Source: a virus (Duplodnaviria; Heunggongvirae; Uroviricota; Caudoviricetes). From it: a stretch of DNA of 64,000 nucleotides. The position numbers and the translations under genes were made by a program. The notes under the pieces were generated by a model. The model was not told the origin of the DNA, did no database searches, and saw only the letters and a list, made by a program, of their open reading frames with translations. Each line of letters starts with the position of its first letter. Position 1 is the stretch's first letter. The stretch covers positions 55,392 through 119,391 of the IMG/VR virus record IMGVR_UViG_3300036771_000024; one strand, 5' to 3'. This document shows positions 45,867-55,717 of this stretch, one piece after another.

Positions 45867-46075
45867 TTGTAGCTGGTCTTCCCGCGGTACCTGCGGGGCA
45901 TGCCCTTCGGGGGTGTGCCACGCAGCGGCGTGCCGCTATTACCGGACTTGGACCCGTAACCAGAGCGGGTCTTGTGGACCCGGTGCTTGTACTTCAGGTT
46001 CGGGCCGGACATCTCATACGCGTTCGGGTAGTCACGGCTGACTGCCCCTTCGTAAACGCTCGGTGGTGTTGTCAT
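45863..46075 (-). CDS. hypothetical basic protein
   Basis: 70 aa. Confidence 0.35.
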   Translation of the reverse strand: MTTPPSVYEGAVSRDYPNAYEMSGPNLKYKHRVHKTRSGYGSKSGNSGTPLRGTPPKGMPRRYRGKTSYK

Positions 46076-46242
46076 GGATCCTCCTCTATGTCACAGTCCC
46101 AGCAGCAGCAGACACACTCGATCCGGTCGTGTTCCGGGTCGGACCAGCGCCGCCGCAAGTGCCGGAACTGACGTAGGTAGCCGTAGTTCCTGCCCAGCAG
46201 GAGCCAGTAACGGACTCTGCCGACCGTAGCTGCCGGGTCCAT
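46072..46242 (-). CDS. Cys-rich small protein
   Basis: CVCCCWDCD. Confidence 0.3.
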   Translation of the reverse strand: MDPAATVGRVRYWLLLGRNYGYLRQFRHLRRRWSDPEHDRIECVCCCWDCDIEEDP

Positions 46243-46377
46243 TACCAGACCATCAGGATCGACAGGCCCGTCACCGAGTACGCCCACCAGTCGAAGATCC
46301 CGACGATGACGACCATCGTGAACAGGAAGCCCACGAAGAACGCCACGAGCATCGTGGCCTCGGTGTCGGTGATCTTC

Positions 46378-46527
46378 TTAATCACTCTCCACCTCCCTCG
46401 GTGAACGACGCCGCTGGTACGCGGCGCTGTCGTGAACGTTGATCTGGATGCACAGCCAGTGGTCCCCGAACCAGTGCATGGGCTGTTCACACACCGGGCA
46501 GAACTCCTGTTCCATGGGACGGTCCAT
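46378..46527 (-). CDS. zinc-ribbon microprotein, paralog A (CPVCEQPMHWFGDHWLC)
   Basis: 49 aa; tandem paralog of next ORF. Confidence 0.4.
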   Translation of the reverse strand: MDRPMEQEFCPVCEQPMHWFGDHWLCIQINVHDSAAYQRRRSPREVESD

Positions 46528-46671
46528 CTAATTTTTCCGTTTCTGTTTCAGGCTGCGCCTGATGGCCAGCTGGTGAGCCTTAACGTTCACGCATACCCAG
46601 TGGTCACCGAACCAGGTCATCGGCTGGCGGCACACCGGGCATGACTGTTTGCGTCTCGGCTGTGGTGGCAT
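46528..46671 (-). CDS. zinc-ribbon microprotein, paralog B (CPVCRQPMTWFGDHWVC)
   Basis: 47 aa; shares CPVC-QPM-WFGDHW-C motif with 46378..46527. Confidence 0.4.
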   Translation of the reverse strand: MPPQPRRKQSCPVCRQPMTWFGDHWVCVNVKAHQLAIRRSLKQKRKN

Positions 46672-46698
46672 CTTAACTCCCTTCTTCCGGTAGCGTCA

Positions 46699-46992
46699 TC
46701 AGGCCCGTAGCCGTCTCCACCACGGTTCCCTCCTGCGGAGCCTGCGCTCGACCGCCCGGTTGAGCTGCCTCCACACCCGTGGCGTGAGCAGAACCGGGCC
46801 GGTCAGGGGACCCCTTTCGTGATGCTCCTGGTACTCGATCCAGACACCCGGTTCCTTGTCAGGCTTGCTGCTGTCGTAGAAGACAGGCCCGACCCGGACG
46901 CACAACGCCTGCGGGATCTCCCCGTCAGAAGCGGCCTCGACCGCGTGTACTTCCGGGCCGAACCCGTCGTCATCCAGGTAACAGTCGCTCAC
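46699..46992 (-). CDS. hypothetical protein
   Basis: 97 aa. Confidence 0.4.
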   Translation of the reverse strand: MSDCYLDDDGFGPEVHAVEAASDGEIPQALCVRVGPVFYDSSKPDKEPGVWIEYQEHHERGPLTGPVLLTPRVWRQLNRAVERRLRRREPWWRRLRA

Positions 46993-47309
46993 GGGACCGC
47001 TACCGCGTAGGCGATCTCACTGGGGAGGGTGCCTTTCCGCATCTTCGCCGCGGTCACGCCCGCACCGACCAGCTCCATGCCCTCCGCTGTCAGCAACGGG
47101 AACACCCCGCTGGACCCGGGCATCTGCACGGTGTCGAACCCGCCGATCATGGTGACAACCATAGGCCCGGTGTCGACCGCGAGCTTGAAATCGGTGAGCA
47201 GCTCACCCTCGACTGACAGCCGGTAGTGGACCCCTTCGACCGCGCCGATCCTGCGCAGCTCCTGGATCGCGCCGCTGAGACTCCCGTATCCTGCTGGGTG
47301 CTGTGTCAC
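46989..47309 (-). CDS. hypothetical protein
   Basis: 106 aa. Confidence 0.4.
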   Translation of the reverse strand: MTQHPAGYGSLSGAIQELRRIGAVEGVHYRLSVEGELLTDFKLAVDTGPMVVTMIGGFDTVQMPGSSGVFPLLTAEGMELVGAGVTAAKMRKGTLPSEIAYAVAVP

Positions 47310-47573
47310 TTCTTCTTCCTCTTCAGGTCCTTGATGAGCCTGGCGGTCTTCTTGTCCCGCTTCCGCTTGGCACGCGCGGTCTTGCGTGCCAGTTTTTCCA
47401 TGCGCTTCCGCGCCTTGTCCTGGAGCTTGCGTCGCTTCTCTTCTTCGCTGGCCATATCAGCCACCTCCTCCGTGTTGCTTCCGCATGTGCGCGGGCAGCT
47501 TGGACTTCAGTATCCGTATCCCGCACCTGGGACAGTAGACAAACCTCTTCCGTGTCGGCATGCAGCAACCTCA

Positions 47574-47720
47574 CTTCTTCTTCTTCGGTTCGTACTTGGC
47601 CTGCTCATCCGGTGGCAGCTTCCCGAACCCCGGTCTGCGCCGTTTCTGCGCATGACTGCACGTCGGGTGGTGCGCCTTGCCTTTCTTCGCCCCGCATTCA
47701 GGGCACGGCCACGTCGGCAT
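47574..47720 (-). CDS. basic zinc-ribbon microprotein, paralog 1 (MPTWPCPECGAKKGKAHH)
   Basis: 48 aa; paralog of 47945..48151. Confidence 0.35.
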
Positions 47721-47944
47721 GATCACCCCTCATGGTTGCCTGACCTCAGCCAGCCCTCGCGCCCACCAGCCAGCGCACCGGCCCGTCTTGTAATCCAGGC
47801 ACTAGTCACGGTGGCAGCGGGGGCACCCCAGCATCACGATGTTCTTGATGCTGGTCATCACCGTGAGAGAAACCACCCGGCAGGTGGGGCAGAGACCTGC
47901 TTGCAGGGCGAGCCCCCACAGGATCCAGTTCGCCTCACCGGGCC

Positions 47945-48151
47945 TCATCGCTTCGGCCGCTTACCCATGGCTTTCCTGCACCGCGAGCAGCGCAGGTACT
48001 GCACGTTCCCGCCGGTCTTGTATGCGACCGGGTTGCACTTGTGGTCCGCGCGTTTCGTCGCACGCCAGCGCGTTCGCTGCGCCTTCCTGCACGTGGTCTT
48101 GTGCGCATGTCCCTTCTTCGCCCCGCAATAGGGGCACGGCCACGTCGGCAT
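47945..48151 (-). CDS. basic zinc-ribbon protein, paralog 2 (MPTWPCPYCGAKKGHAHK)
   Basis: 68 aa; identical first 6 residues and conserved CPxCGAKKG with 47574..47720. Confidence 0.4.
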   Translation of the reverse strand: MPTWPCPYCGAKKGHAHKTTCRKAQRTRWRATKRADHKCNPVAYKTGGNVQYLRCSRCRKAMGKRPKR

Positions 48152-48377
48152 AACTCCGCGCTGCTGCGGTAAGGGTCGGCAGGGGTAGCCTGCGTGGGCA
48201 GGCCGCGAATGTCAGTCTGCCCAGACCTCCCGGCCGGCGGTTCTAGCGCAACCTGGAGGATGACGACCCCGTGTGGATCGTAACACTCCATGTCCTCCTC
48301 ATTGGGAGCGTCTTGCAGCCTGACCCTGACGCCTGGGGCGATCTCGGTCCAGTCGCCACTGATGCTGTATGAGATAG

Positions 48378-48590
48378 TCACTGCCCCACCTGGTCCATGA
48401 TGTGACGGATCGAGGCGAATAGGTTCGGCGCGATGAAGATCTCCAGCGACCCGTTGTCGGTGTAGGCGACGATGTGCACCCGGTCGTCCTCACGGGCGAT
48501 ATCGTAGGCACCGCTGTCGTCGTACGCCTCCTCGCCGTTGGCTAGTGTGCCTTCACCGAGGTGGATGATCTCGTTCTTCGTGAAGCTCAA
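48378..48590 (-). CDS. hypothetical acidic protein
   Basis: 70 aa. Confidence 0.4.
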   Translation of the reverse strand: MSFTKNEIIHLGEGTLANGEEAYDDSGAYDIAREDDRVHIVAYTDNGSLEIFIAPNLFASIRHIMDQVGQ

Positions 48591-49322
48591 CGTTCCTCCT
48601 GTTATCCTGTTCTTGTGGCGGTTAAGTCAGCTACCAGCGGCCCGATGGGCCGGGGCGGGCACAGATGGAAGCAGCTGTGCCGCGCCGTCTACCAGACGTA
48701 CGGCCCCATCTGCTGGATCTGTGATCACCCCATACCTGGCGGCGTGGACGGCGGCCAGGTTGATCATGTCATAGCTCAATGTGAACGTCCAGATCTGGCG
48801 TTCATGCTGGAGAACCTGCGCCCCATCCACGGTGGGCGGCAGCGCTGCCCCGACTGCGGGCACCGCTGCAACCAGGTCCGCCAAGCACGGCCAGTCGAAT
48901 ATGCACGCAGAAAAGTGCGGACACCAGTACCAGGTTTCACCCCGGCACCGGTGCCCGCACAACTGCCTGGCAGGGACTGGTTACCTGCCACGTTCAATCT
49001 CTATGGTCCTGCCGTCCGCCAGTTCCGCCCTGAACCCGTAGCCCGGTGGCAGGACCGACGCTATCCGCATCACTTCTGCTACCGTCACGAACTTCGGCAA
49101 GGGAATAGGGTCCGCGTTGAGGTAGACCGGTGGTGCGGCAGTCTTGCTGGCCAGGTCGTTCCGCAGCAGCTGCATCTGGTATTCATGGTCGTTCTGCGCC
49201 AGGCGCATGCTCCGCTTGTGATCCAGCACCATCCTGGTCGCTATCAGGACCGTGAACAGCGTGAAGATGACCGCGAGCAGCACGATCATGTGATTGTCCC
49301 CTTCATGTGTTCTGGCTGGTGA
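48561..49322 (+). CDS. HNH endonuclease (3' extent uncertain; overlaps minus-strand ORFs)
   Basis: VDHVIAQCERPDLAFMLENLRPIHGG...CPDCGHRCN HNH motif in first ~120 aa. Confidence 0.4.
   Translation: MDDLVLREAQRSSCYPVLVAVKSATSGPMGRGGHRWKQLCRAVYQTYGPICWICDHPIPGGVDGGQVDHVIAQCERPDLAFMLENLRPIHGGRQRCPDCGHRCNQVRQARPVEYARRKVRTPVPGFTPAPVPAQLPGRDWLPATFNLYGPAVRQFRPEPVARWQDRRYPHHFCYRHELRQGNRVRVEVDRWCGSLAGQVVPQQLHLVFMVVLRQAHAPLVIQHHPGRYQDREQREDDREQHDHVIVPFMCSGW
48981..49289 (-). CDS. small membrane protein
   Basis: N-terminal TM IVLLAVIFTLFTVLIA. Confidence 0.35.
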   Translation of the reverse strand: MIVLLAVIFTLFTVLIATRMVLDHKRSMRLAQNDHEYQMQLLRNDLASKTAAPPVYLNADPIPLPKFVTVAEVMRIASVLPPGYGFRAELADGRTIEIERGR

Positions 49323-49696
49323 CAGTCGGGATCACCGCAGCTGCGGCGTGCTGCCGCTGCCTGTAGGGATACAGGTAGTTCTGCGATTTCCAGCACATCC
49401 ATGGCCTCCCGCACGGCGGTGTGGAGGTCATCGAAATCCTGGTTGGTGAACTGCGCTGGCCCATTCATGGACACGCGTATCTCATGGGGCCGGACCACGA
49501 CCAGGACCTGGCTGCCCTTCAGCACCCGGATCTCCACCCGCGGGTCCGCACCGCCGATCTTCTTCGCACGCCACGTCGCAGCGTCCGCGTCGGACATATT
49601 CGGCACGTACACACCGGGTGGCGCACCATCAGCGGAGATGGATCGCCACTCGTCAAGCGGCATCTTCCGTGGCGGCTTATTCCAGTTCAGTATCAT
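49286..49696 (-). CDS. hypothetical protein
   Basis: 136 aa. Confidence 0.4.
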   Translation of the reverse strand: MILNWNKPPRKMPLDEWRSISADGAPPGVYVPNMSDADAATWRAKKIGGADPRVEIRVLKGSQVLVVVRPHEIRVSMNGPAQFTNQDFDDLHTAVREAMDVLEIAELPVSLQAAAARRSCGDPDCHQPEHMKGTIT

Positions 49697-49704
49697 CGTT
49701 CTCC

Positions 49705-50139
49705 TTACTCTGCCATCGGGGGCTCGTCAAGCACACCCGAGTACGCCTTGTCGCCCCGCCACGTGGCTTCCTGGCCCATGTACACCGCGAAGTGCACCTC
49801 GTGCGGGCCTTTCAGCCCGCACCTGGTCCTCGACTGGTGCCCGGGACCGTGCCTGATCTCAGCGTGACACGGCTGGCCGTGGTTACCTGCGTAAAGGGTG
49901 TGCCCGCAGCCACGGCAGTAGGTTTTGTTCGCGTCTGGTGTCCAGAATGTGTGCTCCGGTGGGTCGGTGAGCACCGCGTCCGCTACAGCCTGCGCATACG
50001 GCCTGCCAGGCATGGCAGGACCGCGCATCGCTGCGAACTCCAGCCAGTTCGCCACCTGGTACCGCAGCTCGTTACCGTCCCTGTCACAGCCCCGGAGGAT
50101 CTGCGCTGCGTCACGCAGGCTCGTGTTAATCTCCGGCAT
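49705..50139 (-). CDS. hypothetical protein with CxxC/His cluster
   Basis: CRGCGH...CH. Confidence 0.4.
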   Translation of the reverse strand: MPEINTSLRDAAQILRGCDRDGNELRYQVANWLEFAAMRGPAMPGRPYAQAVADAVLTDPPEHTFWTPDANKTYCRGCGHTLYAGNHGQPCHAEIRHGPGHQSRTRCGLKGPHEVHFAVYMGQEATWRGDKAYSGVLDEPPMAE

Positions 50140-50315
50140 GACCCATCACCCCGTCACCTTCGTTTACTTCTCCGTCCACGGGACATGTCCTCTCTCTATT
50201 GCCTCCGTGCAGAGGCGTCCGTAATCAGGGTCGCCTGGTTCCCACCCGCCGCAGTTACAGCAGGCTTCGTACCCGCCCGTCCTGATGTGCTGGGGGCAGA
50301 CGTAGAACCCTGCGG

Positions 50316-50525
50316 TCATACTTCCACCATCCGGTACACGGTCCAGGGGCGGGCTGCGGTCAGCTCGCCGTCTACCACGAGGTAGCCGTTGAACTGGCTG
50401 TTCGCATACTCCGCCGCGGACACCGCTGACTGTTCGTCACTGAATACCTGGGGTTGTTCTTCCGGGGTCTCACCGAAACGGTAGTCGCTGGTGAGGAAGA
50501 ACGACCCGTCAAAAACCACGTACAT
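50316..50525 (-). CDS. hypothetical protein
   Basis: 69 aa. Confidence 0.4.
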   Translation of the reverse strand: MYVVFDGSFFLTSDYRFGETPEEQPQVFSDEQSAVSAAEYANSQFNGYLVVDGELTAARPWTVYRMVEV

Positions 50526-50694
50526 AACCGGCCGTCCTCATCACCTGGCGGACCTCATCCAGGGTGATCTTCGGCCTCGCTGTGCCCGCATACTGCACGA
50601 CACGTTCAGCCAGCGTCTCCGTCCCGTGGAATTCGGGTGGCTCAGCCTCAGCGAGCCGGACCATTGCAAGGATGTACTGCTCGCGGCTGGTCAT
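50509..50694 (-). CDS. hypothetical protein
   Basis: 61 aa. Confidence 0.35.
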   Translation of the reverse strand: MTSREQYILAMVRLAEAEPPEFHGTETLAERVVQYAGTARPKITLDEVRQVMRTAGYVRGF

Positions 50695-50939
50695 AGCTCG
50701 TCTTCCACCTCAGCAATGAGCTGGTCGAGGGACTTGTTACCCTGGATCAGCGCGAGGATGTCACGTGCTGGCAGCTGTATGTCAGCGGGACGCACAGGCA
50801 CCGGGAGTCGCTCCGCTAGTTTCGCGGCACGGAACCCGATGTAAAACAAGATCCCCTCGGTTGCCTGCGTTGCCCGGTGGCTGTCACCAGCATGACACGC
50901 ATGCTGGTCGTCACAGTGCGGGCATTTAGTCAGAGCCAT
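50691..50939 (-). CDS. hypothetical protein with N-terminal CPHC..C.H motif
   Basis: Start at MALTKCPHCDDQHACHAG with GAGGA RBS. Confidence 0.4.
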   Translation of the reverse strand: MALTKCPHCDDQHACHAGDSHRATQATEGILFYIGFRAAKLAERLPVPVRPADIQLPARDILALIQGNKSLDQLIAEVEDEL

Positions 50940-51392
50940 ATGCGGGTCCTCGTTTCTTACTAGGTGGAGGTACCACAAGAACGTGAAGAGGTTCTCGTAC
51001 CGGGCCAGCCGACACCGGATGTGATGCGTGAAGCGCACGGCTTGCCTTCCTCGGCGTCTGCTGCTGCGATCAGGCTGGTGCCCAGCTTGCGTGCCTGCGC
51101 CGGGTCCATGCTGGTGCGGAGCACCATCAGGAACCCGGCCCGTGTGATGAGCGTGATGGTGTCGCCGATACGCACAACCAGCGGGCGGTGTCTCATGTCC
51201 ACCACAGCACGCTCCGGACGGGTGCGGCCAGGATCTCCACCCAGCCCCGGCCGTCATCACGGCCGAAATGCAGGATCTCCCAGTCTTCTTCCTCATACAT
51301 GCGCACGTCAGCACGGCCATCACGAAGACGCGTGCTGACAACGGCTGTTTTCGTATTACCATCGGTGAACTTGATGGTGATGCTCTTGCTGC

Positions 51393-51632
51393 TCACTGTT
51401 CCACCCGGTGACTGTCTACGATCTTCCGCAGCTGCCGGATCATGATCCTGCGTCGCAGCCCGGTCCCGAACGGTCGGATGGCGGTGAAGATGATACCGAC
51501 ACCGAAGAACACCCACCCGTACCAGTAGCCGTGGATGAGACTGCCGATGCCGTACCCGAGGGTCGCGGCTGCTACCGGTATGTGCAGAGGGAAACGCTCC
51601 GCACGGTCGAGGATCTTATTGACATACTTCAT
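51393..51632 (-). CDS. small membrane protein
   Basis: Two hydrophobic helices. Confidence 0.4.
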   Translation of the reverse strand: MKYVNKILDRAERFPLHIPVAAATLGYGIGSLIHGYWYGWVFFGVGIIFTAIRPFGTGLRRRIMIRQLRKIVDSHRVEQ

Positions 51633-51634
51633 GG

Positions 51635-52621
51635 TTACCTGCTTAGTTTGTAGAGTAGGTCGGATGCCCTGAACGGCATCCCTGACGGGTCCTTGATGTA
51701 CGGGGGGATCCACGTCTCGGTACGCCCGTCAGCGAATGTGCCGCCGTGCGGTGCAGCCCTGGGGTGACCCCGGACAAGCCACGCGCACGTCCAGTCCACC
51801 TTGCGTGGCGGGCCGGTGTCACTCCGCTCGGATCGCCGGAGCTGCACCACGTGGACCTGCTGGAACTTCAGGTTCTGCGCACGCCTGCGCGTGCCACGGT
51901 CCACCTGTTCCGGGTCAGTGGAGACAATCTTCATCCCCATCAGGATCCACAGCATGTGGATCATGTGATGGTCAGGCAGCTCGGTGCGGATGTTATGCCC
52001 GACCGGGACCGTGTTCTGCCCCATCATGTGCAGCGGGCGAGGGTACACACCCGGGTCGTCGCAGTACCCCCACTTGCGGATACGCACACCCGGCGTGGCA
52101 CTGTTCAGCATCGCGCCACCGAAGTTACCGATGCGTACAGGCAGCTCAGGGACCGCAGCCCACGAGAACGCGTGCATCAGCTGCGGCGGGCGGTCACCGT
52201 CATCGACTGACGGGCGGGGGATTGGCTTGTCCAGCCACGCGAACCCCCACGGTGCGGGCAGGTCACGCTGTTCCATCTGACCCAGGTTCGGCGTGTTCAC
52301 CGTCAGGCCAGCGGCCACGTCGACCATCTCCGCTGTCACCTGGTATGTCGTCGCAGCGAACAGGTCCGTGGAGAACGAGTCAATCCATGGGTCCAGGTCC
52401 GACAGCCTCCGCGCCGGGTGGAGGTGACTAGCAGCCCAGGCCGGGTCTGTCTCAAGATCCTTATGTGCATACGCGGTCATGGTGCGGCGCAGCATCGGTT
52501 CCGGTTTAGTGAAAGACCGTTGCAGGTCCGCGTGCAGGTCCAGCACTTCACGTGCAGTCTTGTGCCGGACCTGCACCACCGTCTGACCCTCATACCGTGA
52601 CGGCAGAAGATCGTCACTCAC
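51635..52621 (-). CDS. hypothetical protein (328 aa)
   Basis: Long protein-like ORF; no motif recognised. Confidence 0.5.
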   Translation of the reverse strand: MSDDLLPSRYEGQTVVQVRHKTAREVLDLHADLQRSFTKPEPMLRRTMTAYAHKDLETDPAWAASHLHPARRLSDLDPWIDSFSTDLFAATTYQVTAEMVDVAAGLTVNTPNLGQMEQRDLPAPWGFAWLDKPIPRPSVDDGDRPPQLMHAFSWAAVPELPVRIGNFGGAMLNSATPGVRIRKWGYCDDPGVYPRPLHMMGQNTVPVGHNIRTELPDHHMIHMLWILMGMKIVSTDPEQVDRGTRRRAQNLKFQQVHVVQLRRSERSDTGPPRKVDWTCAWLVRGHPRAAPHGGTFADGRTETWIPPYIKDPSGMPFRASDLLYKLSR

Positions 52622-52779
52622 AATTTCTCTAGCCTCTTAACGTCGCGTTTGATGTTCTTGCACCGGGGCCACGTACATTTCGAGTAGGTGATCCTGACGA
52701 TCCACCCGCCCATCTTCCGCATCTCCGAATGGTCGAACTTGTGCTGATGCTTGTGTTTCGGCTTCGGGTGCGGCGGCAT
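52618..52779 (-). CDS. small basic protein
   Basis: MPPHPKPKHKHQHKF... Confidence 0.35.
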   Translation of the reverse strand: MPPHPKPKHKHQHKFDHSEMRKMGGWIVRITYSKCTWPRCKNIKRDVKRLEKL

Positions 52780-53067
52780 TATCGTCGCCAGAAGAAAGCC
52801 AGGACCATGACGACCACGAAGATGATGATGGCCCACTTGGCGTCACTATTGGCCGAGTAACCGGTTTGGACCGCTTCATACATTGGCGTTGCTCCTTACT
52901 TGTGGATATTGAGGCTAGGCAGGTGTGCGCTGGTGTTCCCGAAAATCAGGATCATCAAGTGATGCCACCCGTCCACCCACAAGTTGTGGGCAACAAACGG
53001 GCTTATCAGCGCGATGAGCACGATGACGATCAGGATCCTCTTGATCAGCGTGCCAAGAGCTTGCATT

Positions 53068-53370
53068 TCATTCCTCCTCCCTGTTCAGGTTGTCGCGGCG
53101 GTCCGCCCATTCTCTGAGCCTGATGGCTACGTCCTGGTCTTCTTCACGGGGTGCACCGCAGCCCTCCTCGAGGTGTTCCACGATCGAGTAGGCCACAGCC
53201 ACAACCTCGTCGTCCCAGGCTGTTTCCAGGTCCTCAGCGCAGCCACCGTGGCCGAGCGCTTCAAGGTCCAGCGCAAGGCGGTACCTCTCTGATTCCGACG
53301 ATTCCCCCCTGTTCGCGGATTCCCCCCTGGTTGGAGATTCAGGCACTCGGGTCCTTCTTGCGTAGCACAT
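53068..53370 (-). CDS. hypothetical acidic protein
   Basis: 100 aa. Confidence 0.4.
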   Translation of the reverse strand: MCYARRTRVPESPTRGESANRGESSESERYRLALDLEALGHGGCAEDLETAWDDEVVAVAYSIVEHLEEGCGAPREEDQDVAIRLREWADRRDNLNREEE

Positions 53371-53707
53371 CGGCGAGCTGCCGCAGGGCGGTCAGCTCCT
53401 GTTCTTCGGCGCTGCGCGACCAGTTACCCTCAACCTCAGCCTGCGCTGCATCCACAGCGGTCAGGGCCGCGGCGATTTCCGCTGGCCGGTTCATCTCACG
53501 TTGCATACCGGTGAGGACCATGCTGATCAGCGTCGCATTGGGCGCGATTTCCAGGGATTTACCCATGATCGCCATGGCACCGTAGATGCCGTACTCCACT
53601 GTCAGGCCGGTCAGCACACCGACCAGCTGGGAGAATTTATCGCTTGTCTCCGCGTACAGCTGGTCCAGCTCCGCCTCGACACCGGGAGGCAGGTCCGGTC
53701 CGTTCAT
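53339..53707 (-). CDS. hypothetical protein
   Basis: 122 aa. Confidence 0.4.
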   Translation of the reverse strand: MNGPDLPPGVEAELDQLYAETSDKFSQLVGVLTGLTVEYGIYGAMAIMGKSLEIAPNATLISMVLTGMQREMNRPAEIAAALTAVDAAQAEVEGNWSRSAEEQELTALRQLADVLRKKDPSA

Positions 53708-53985
53708 ATCAGGTTGCTCCTCACTGGTGCGTCTACAACGGGCCTGCTGAGGGTCCGGCCCGTATCGGGACCCGAGATGGGGTTCGTGATGATGTCACGG
53801 GCCATCTCCGCTGCTTCATCAGCTGTTTCAGCTACCATGTAGCAGACGAACTGGTCCATGACCTGACCGCCGACCTGAACGTCGACGTTCGTGTCACAGT
53901 TCTTGTGCTGCCCCTCGAACACCGCCGACACGTACAGGGTGTCCCCGGCCTGATTGATCAGGCCGGAGACGGTCCACGTGCTCAT
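53704..53985 (-). CDS. hypothetical protein
   Basis: 93 aa. Confidence 0.4.
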   Translation of the reverse strand: MSTWTVSGLINQAGDTLYVSAVFEGQHKNCDTNVDVQVGGQVMDQFVCYMVAETADEAAEMARDIITNPISGPDTGRTLSRPVVDAPVRSNLI

Positions 53986-54130
53986 GGCTCCTTGATCACC
54001 TCATCATCCTCAGCGTTGTAGTCACAGTGGCGGCAGTCACCGTTCTCGTCCACGCTGTGACCGAGCCGGTTACAGCCGAATATGGGATGGTCCGGGTTGA
54101 AACGGAACACATCCGCCTGCTTCCACCTCA

Positions 54131-54331
54131 TCAGTTCATCCCGGCGTCGATATCCCCTATAGGACCGTTGAACCGCTGGAGCTGCGCGATGCGCTCACCG
54201 GCGAGGGTGAGATCGATCGTGCTCACATCATGGTCGCCCCTGAGATCGATCAGGTCATCCGGGTTCAGCTCAACCGTCACGCGGTCGTTCTCGTGAGTGA
54301 CGGTGACCTTCATCGTTACCTCTTCAGGCAT
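54131..54331 (-). CDS. hypothetical protein
   Basis: 66 aa. Confidence 0.35.
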   Translation of the reverse strand: MPEEVTMKVTVTHENDRVTVELNPDDLIDLRGDHDVSTIDLTLAGERIAQLQRFNGPIGDIDAGMN

Positions 54332-54611
54332 TCTTGTTTTCCTCTCTTGCCTTGCGTGCTAGCTGGCAGATGAACGGGCCGCTCACACCGACCATCAGCC
54401 CCAGGTCGTTCAGGTTATGACCTGTCAGTGTCATCAGCAGCGCGACCTGCGCCCGGCGTGCGGAGAGGGCTTGTTCTTCCCGTCGCATTCCTGCGAGTTC
54501 CGCGGCCTGCTGACGCGCCATCTCGGTCCGGCGCGCCCGGTGTTTCAGCTTCAGCTCGTCCATCTCATCTGTGAGACCCAGGAACTGGGCGGCTAGCGTG
54601 TGGGCGTTCAT
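54324..54611 (-). CDS. putative HTH protein
   Basis: C-terminal LNDLGLMVGVSGPFICQLARKA. Confidence 0.4.
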   Translation of the reverse strand: MNAHTLAAQFLGLTDEMDELKLKHRARRTEMARQQAAELAGMRREEQALSARRAQVALLMTLTGHNLNDLGLMVGVSGPFICQLARKAREENKNA

Positions 54612-55033
54612 GTGGTTTTCACCTTCTTCAGCAGCGGGAACAGGTCATCGCCCAGCTCATTTTCGACCTGCCACCATTTCGTTGTCTGCTTACGGATGTA
54701 CTTGCCTTGCATCACCTGGTAATACTCGCGAGCCTGCGTGTCACCGGGTGCTTGCAGGGATATGACCCGCACTGACCAAGCGTTCCAGCGGTGCCAGTCG
54801 TCCCGCACTTCCTTAGGTACCGGACCTCGGTCTTTCACCTTGAACCCGCGTCGCCGTCCCCACACGCGTAGCGTCTCGTTGGAGGGGAACAGGCGGAACA
54901 TGACCTGACCCGGGCGGGCAGGCGGTATGACACTGCCCTTCTCGCCGGGTATGTTGTGCCGGGCACGTTTCGGCCGGGCACGGCCACCAGCGGTGCTGGT
55001 GGCCGTGCTCAGCGTGGCAGGAACCTCGGTCAT
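54608..55033 (-). CDS. protein with Lsr2-like C-terminal DNA-binding-domain motif
   Basis: ETLRVWGRRRGFKVKDRGPVPKEVRDDWHRWNAW resembles Lsr2 DNA-binding domain (IREWARRNG..STRGRIP). Confidence 0.4.
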   Translation of the reverse strand: MTEVPATLSTATSTAGGRARPKRARHNIPGEKGSVIPPARPGQVMFRLFPSNETLRVWGRRRGFKVKDRGPVPKEVRDDWHRWNAWSVRVISLQAPGDTQAREYYQVMQGKYIRKQTTKWWQVENELGDDLFPLLKKVKTT

Positions 55034-55509
55034 GGCGCTTCGTGACGACCGGGAACGGGTTCTTTACCGCCCGGAACCCAGTCCTCCACGCCACGCCGGA
55101 ACGCAGCGGTCTCAGCTGCCTGGATTCCCCGCTCCTGGTGGAGCTGGTCCAGCGTCATCCTGCGCTGCGCGACTGCGGGGCGAACCTTGCGGAGCTGGTT
55201 CCTGACTCGCCGCATGGCCTCGTGTTCCTGGCGTGCCGACCCGTCCTCGATCAGGACCCGCGCGGTGTGCTGGAGTGAATTCCCCAGGTTCACCAGGGCC
55301 CGGCCTATGGCCAGGTCCGTGGCGAGCACATCGTCGCGTACGTCTTTCGGTTCGCGTTTCGCCGAACCAGTCGCCTGGTCCTGGATGATCTGCCCGCCGA
55401 TGGTCTGCATGACCTCGGCGTGGGCGACGGTGGCATGCCGGTCGTTGATCACGAGCACGTTGACCATTAGTCTGTGCGGTGACCGGTGGATACGTTGTTT
55501 CTTCTTCAC
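55030..55509 (-). CDS. hypothetical protein
   Basis: 159 aa. Confidence 0.45.
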   Translation of the reverse strand: MKKKQRIHRSPHRLMVNVLVINDRHATVAHAEVMQTIGGQIIQDQATGSAKREPKDVRDDVLATDLAIGRALVNLGNSLQHTARVLIEDGSARQEHEAMRRVRNQLRKVRPAVAQRRMTLDQLHQERGIQAAETAAFRRGVEDWVPGGKEPVPGRHEAP

Positions 55510-55706
55510 TTACTGGGTCTCCTCGGTTTCCGTGGGTGGTTCAGCACAATGACGCAGGTCGGTGAGATGATCTTCAACCGGTTCCGGTCATTGCCAGCGA
55601 GGAACAACGCCAGGTCCTCGGCGAGCGGGTGCAGTTTGATTATCTGCACAGGCCCGCTGAGCGCGGCGATCCTCTTCGCTTTCGCGTGTGACACACGTGA
55701 CGCCAC
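55506..55706 (-). CDS. hypothetical protein (start moved to GTG downstream of dyad motif)
   Basis: ORF-track N-terminus is encoded by the conserved regulatory motif; GAAGGA RBS precedes GTG. Confidence 0.35.
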   Translation of the reverse strand: MASRVSHAKAKRIAALSGPVQIIKLHPLAEDLALFLAGNDRNRLKIISPTCVIVLNHPRKPRRPSK

Positions 55707-55717
55707 TACATATCCTT

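Noticed and set aside
47226-48131. 301-aa plus-strand ORF
   Set aside because: Antisense to several compact, paralogous minus-strand zinc-ribbon genes; composition looks non-coding.
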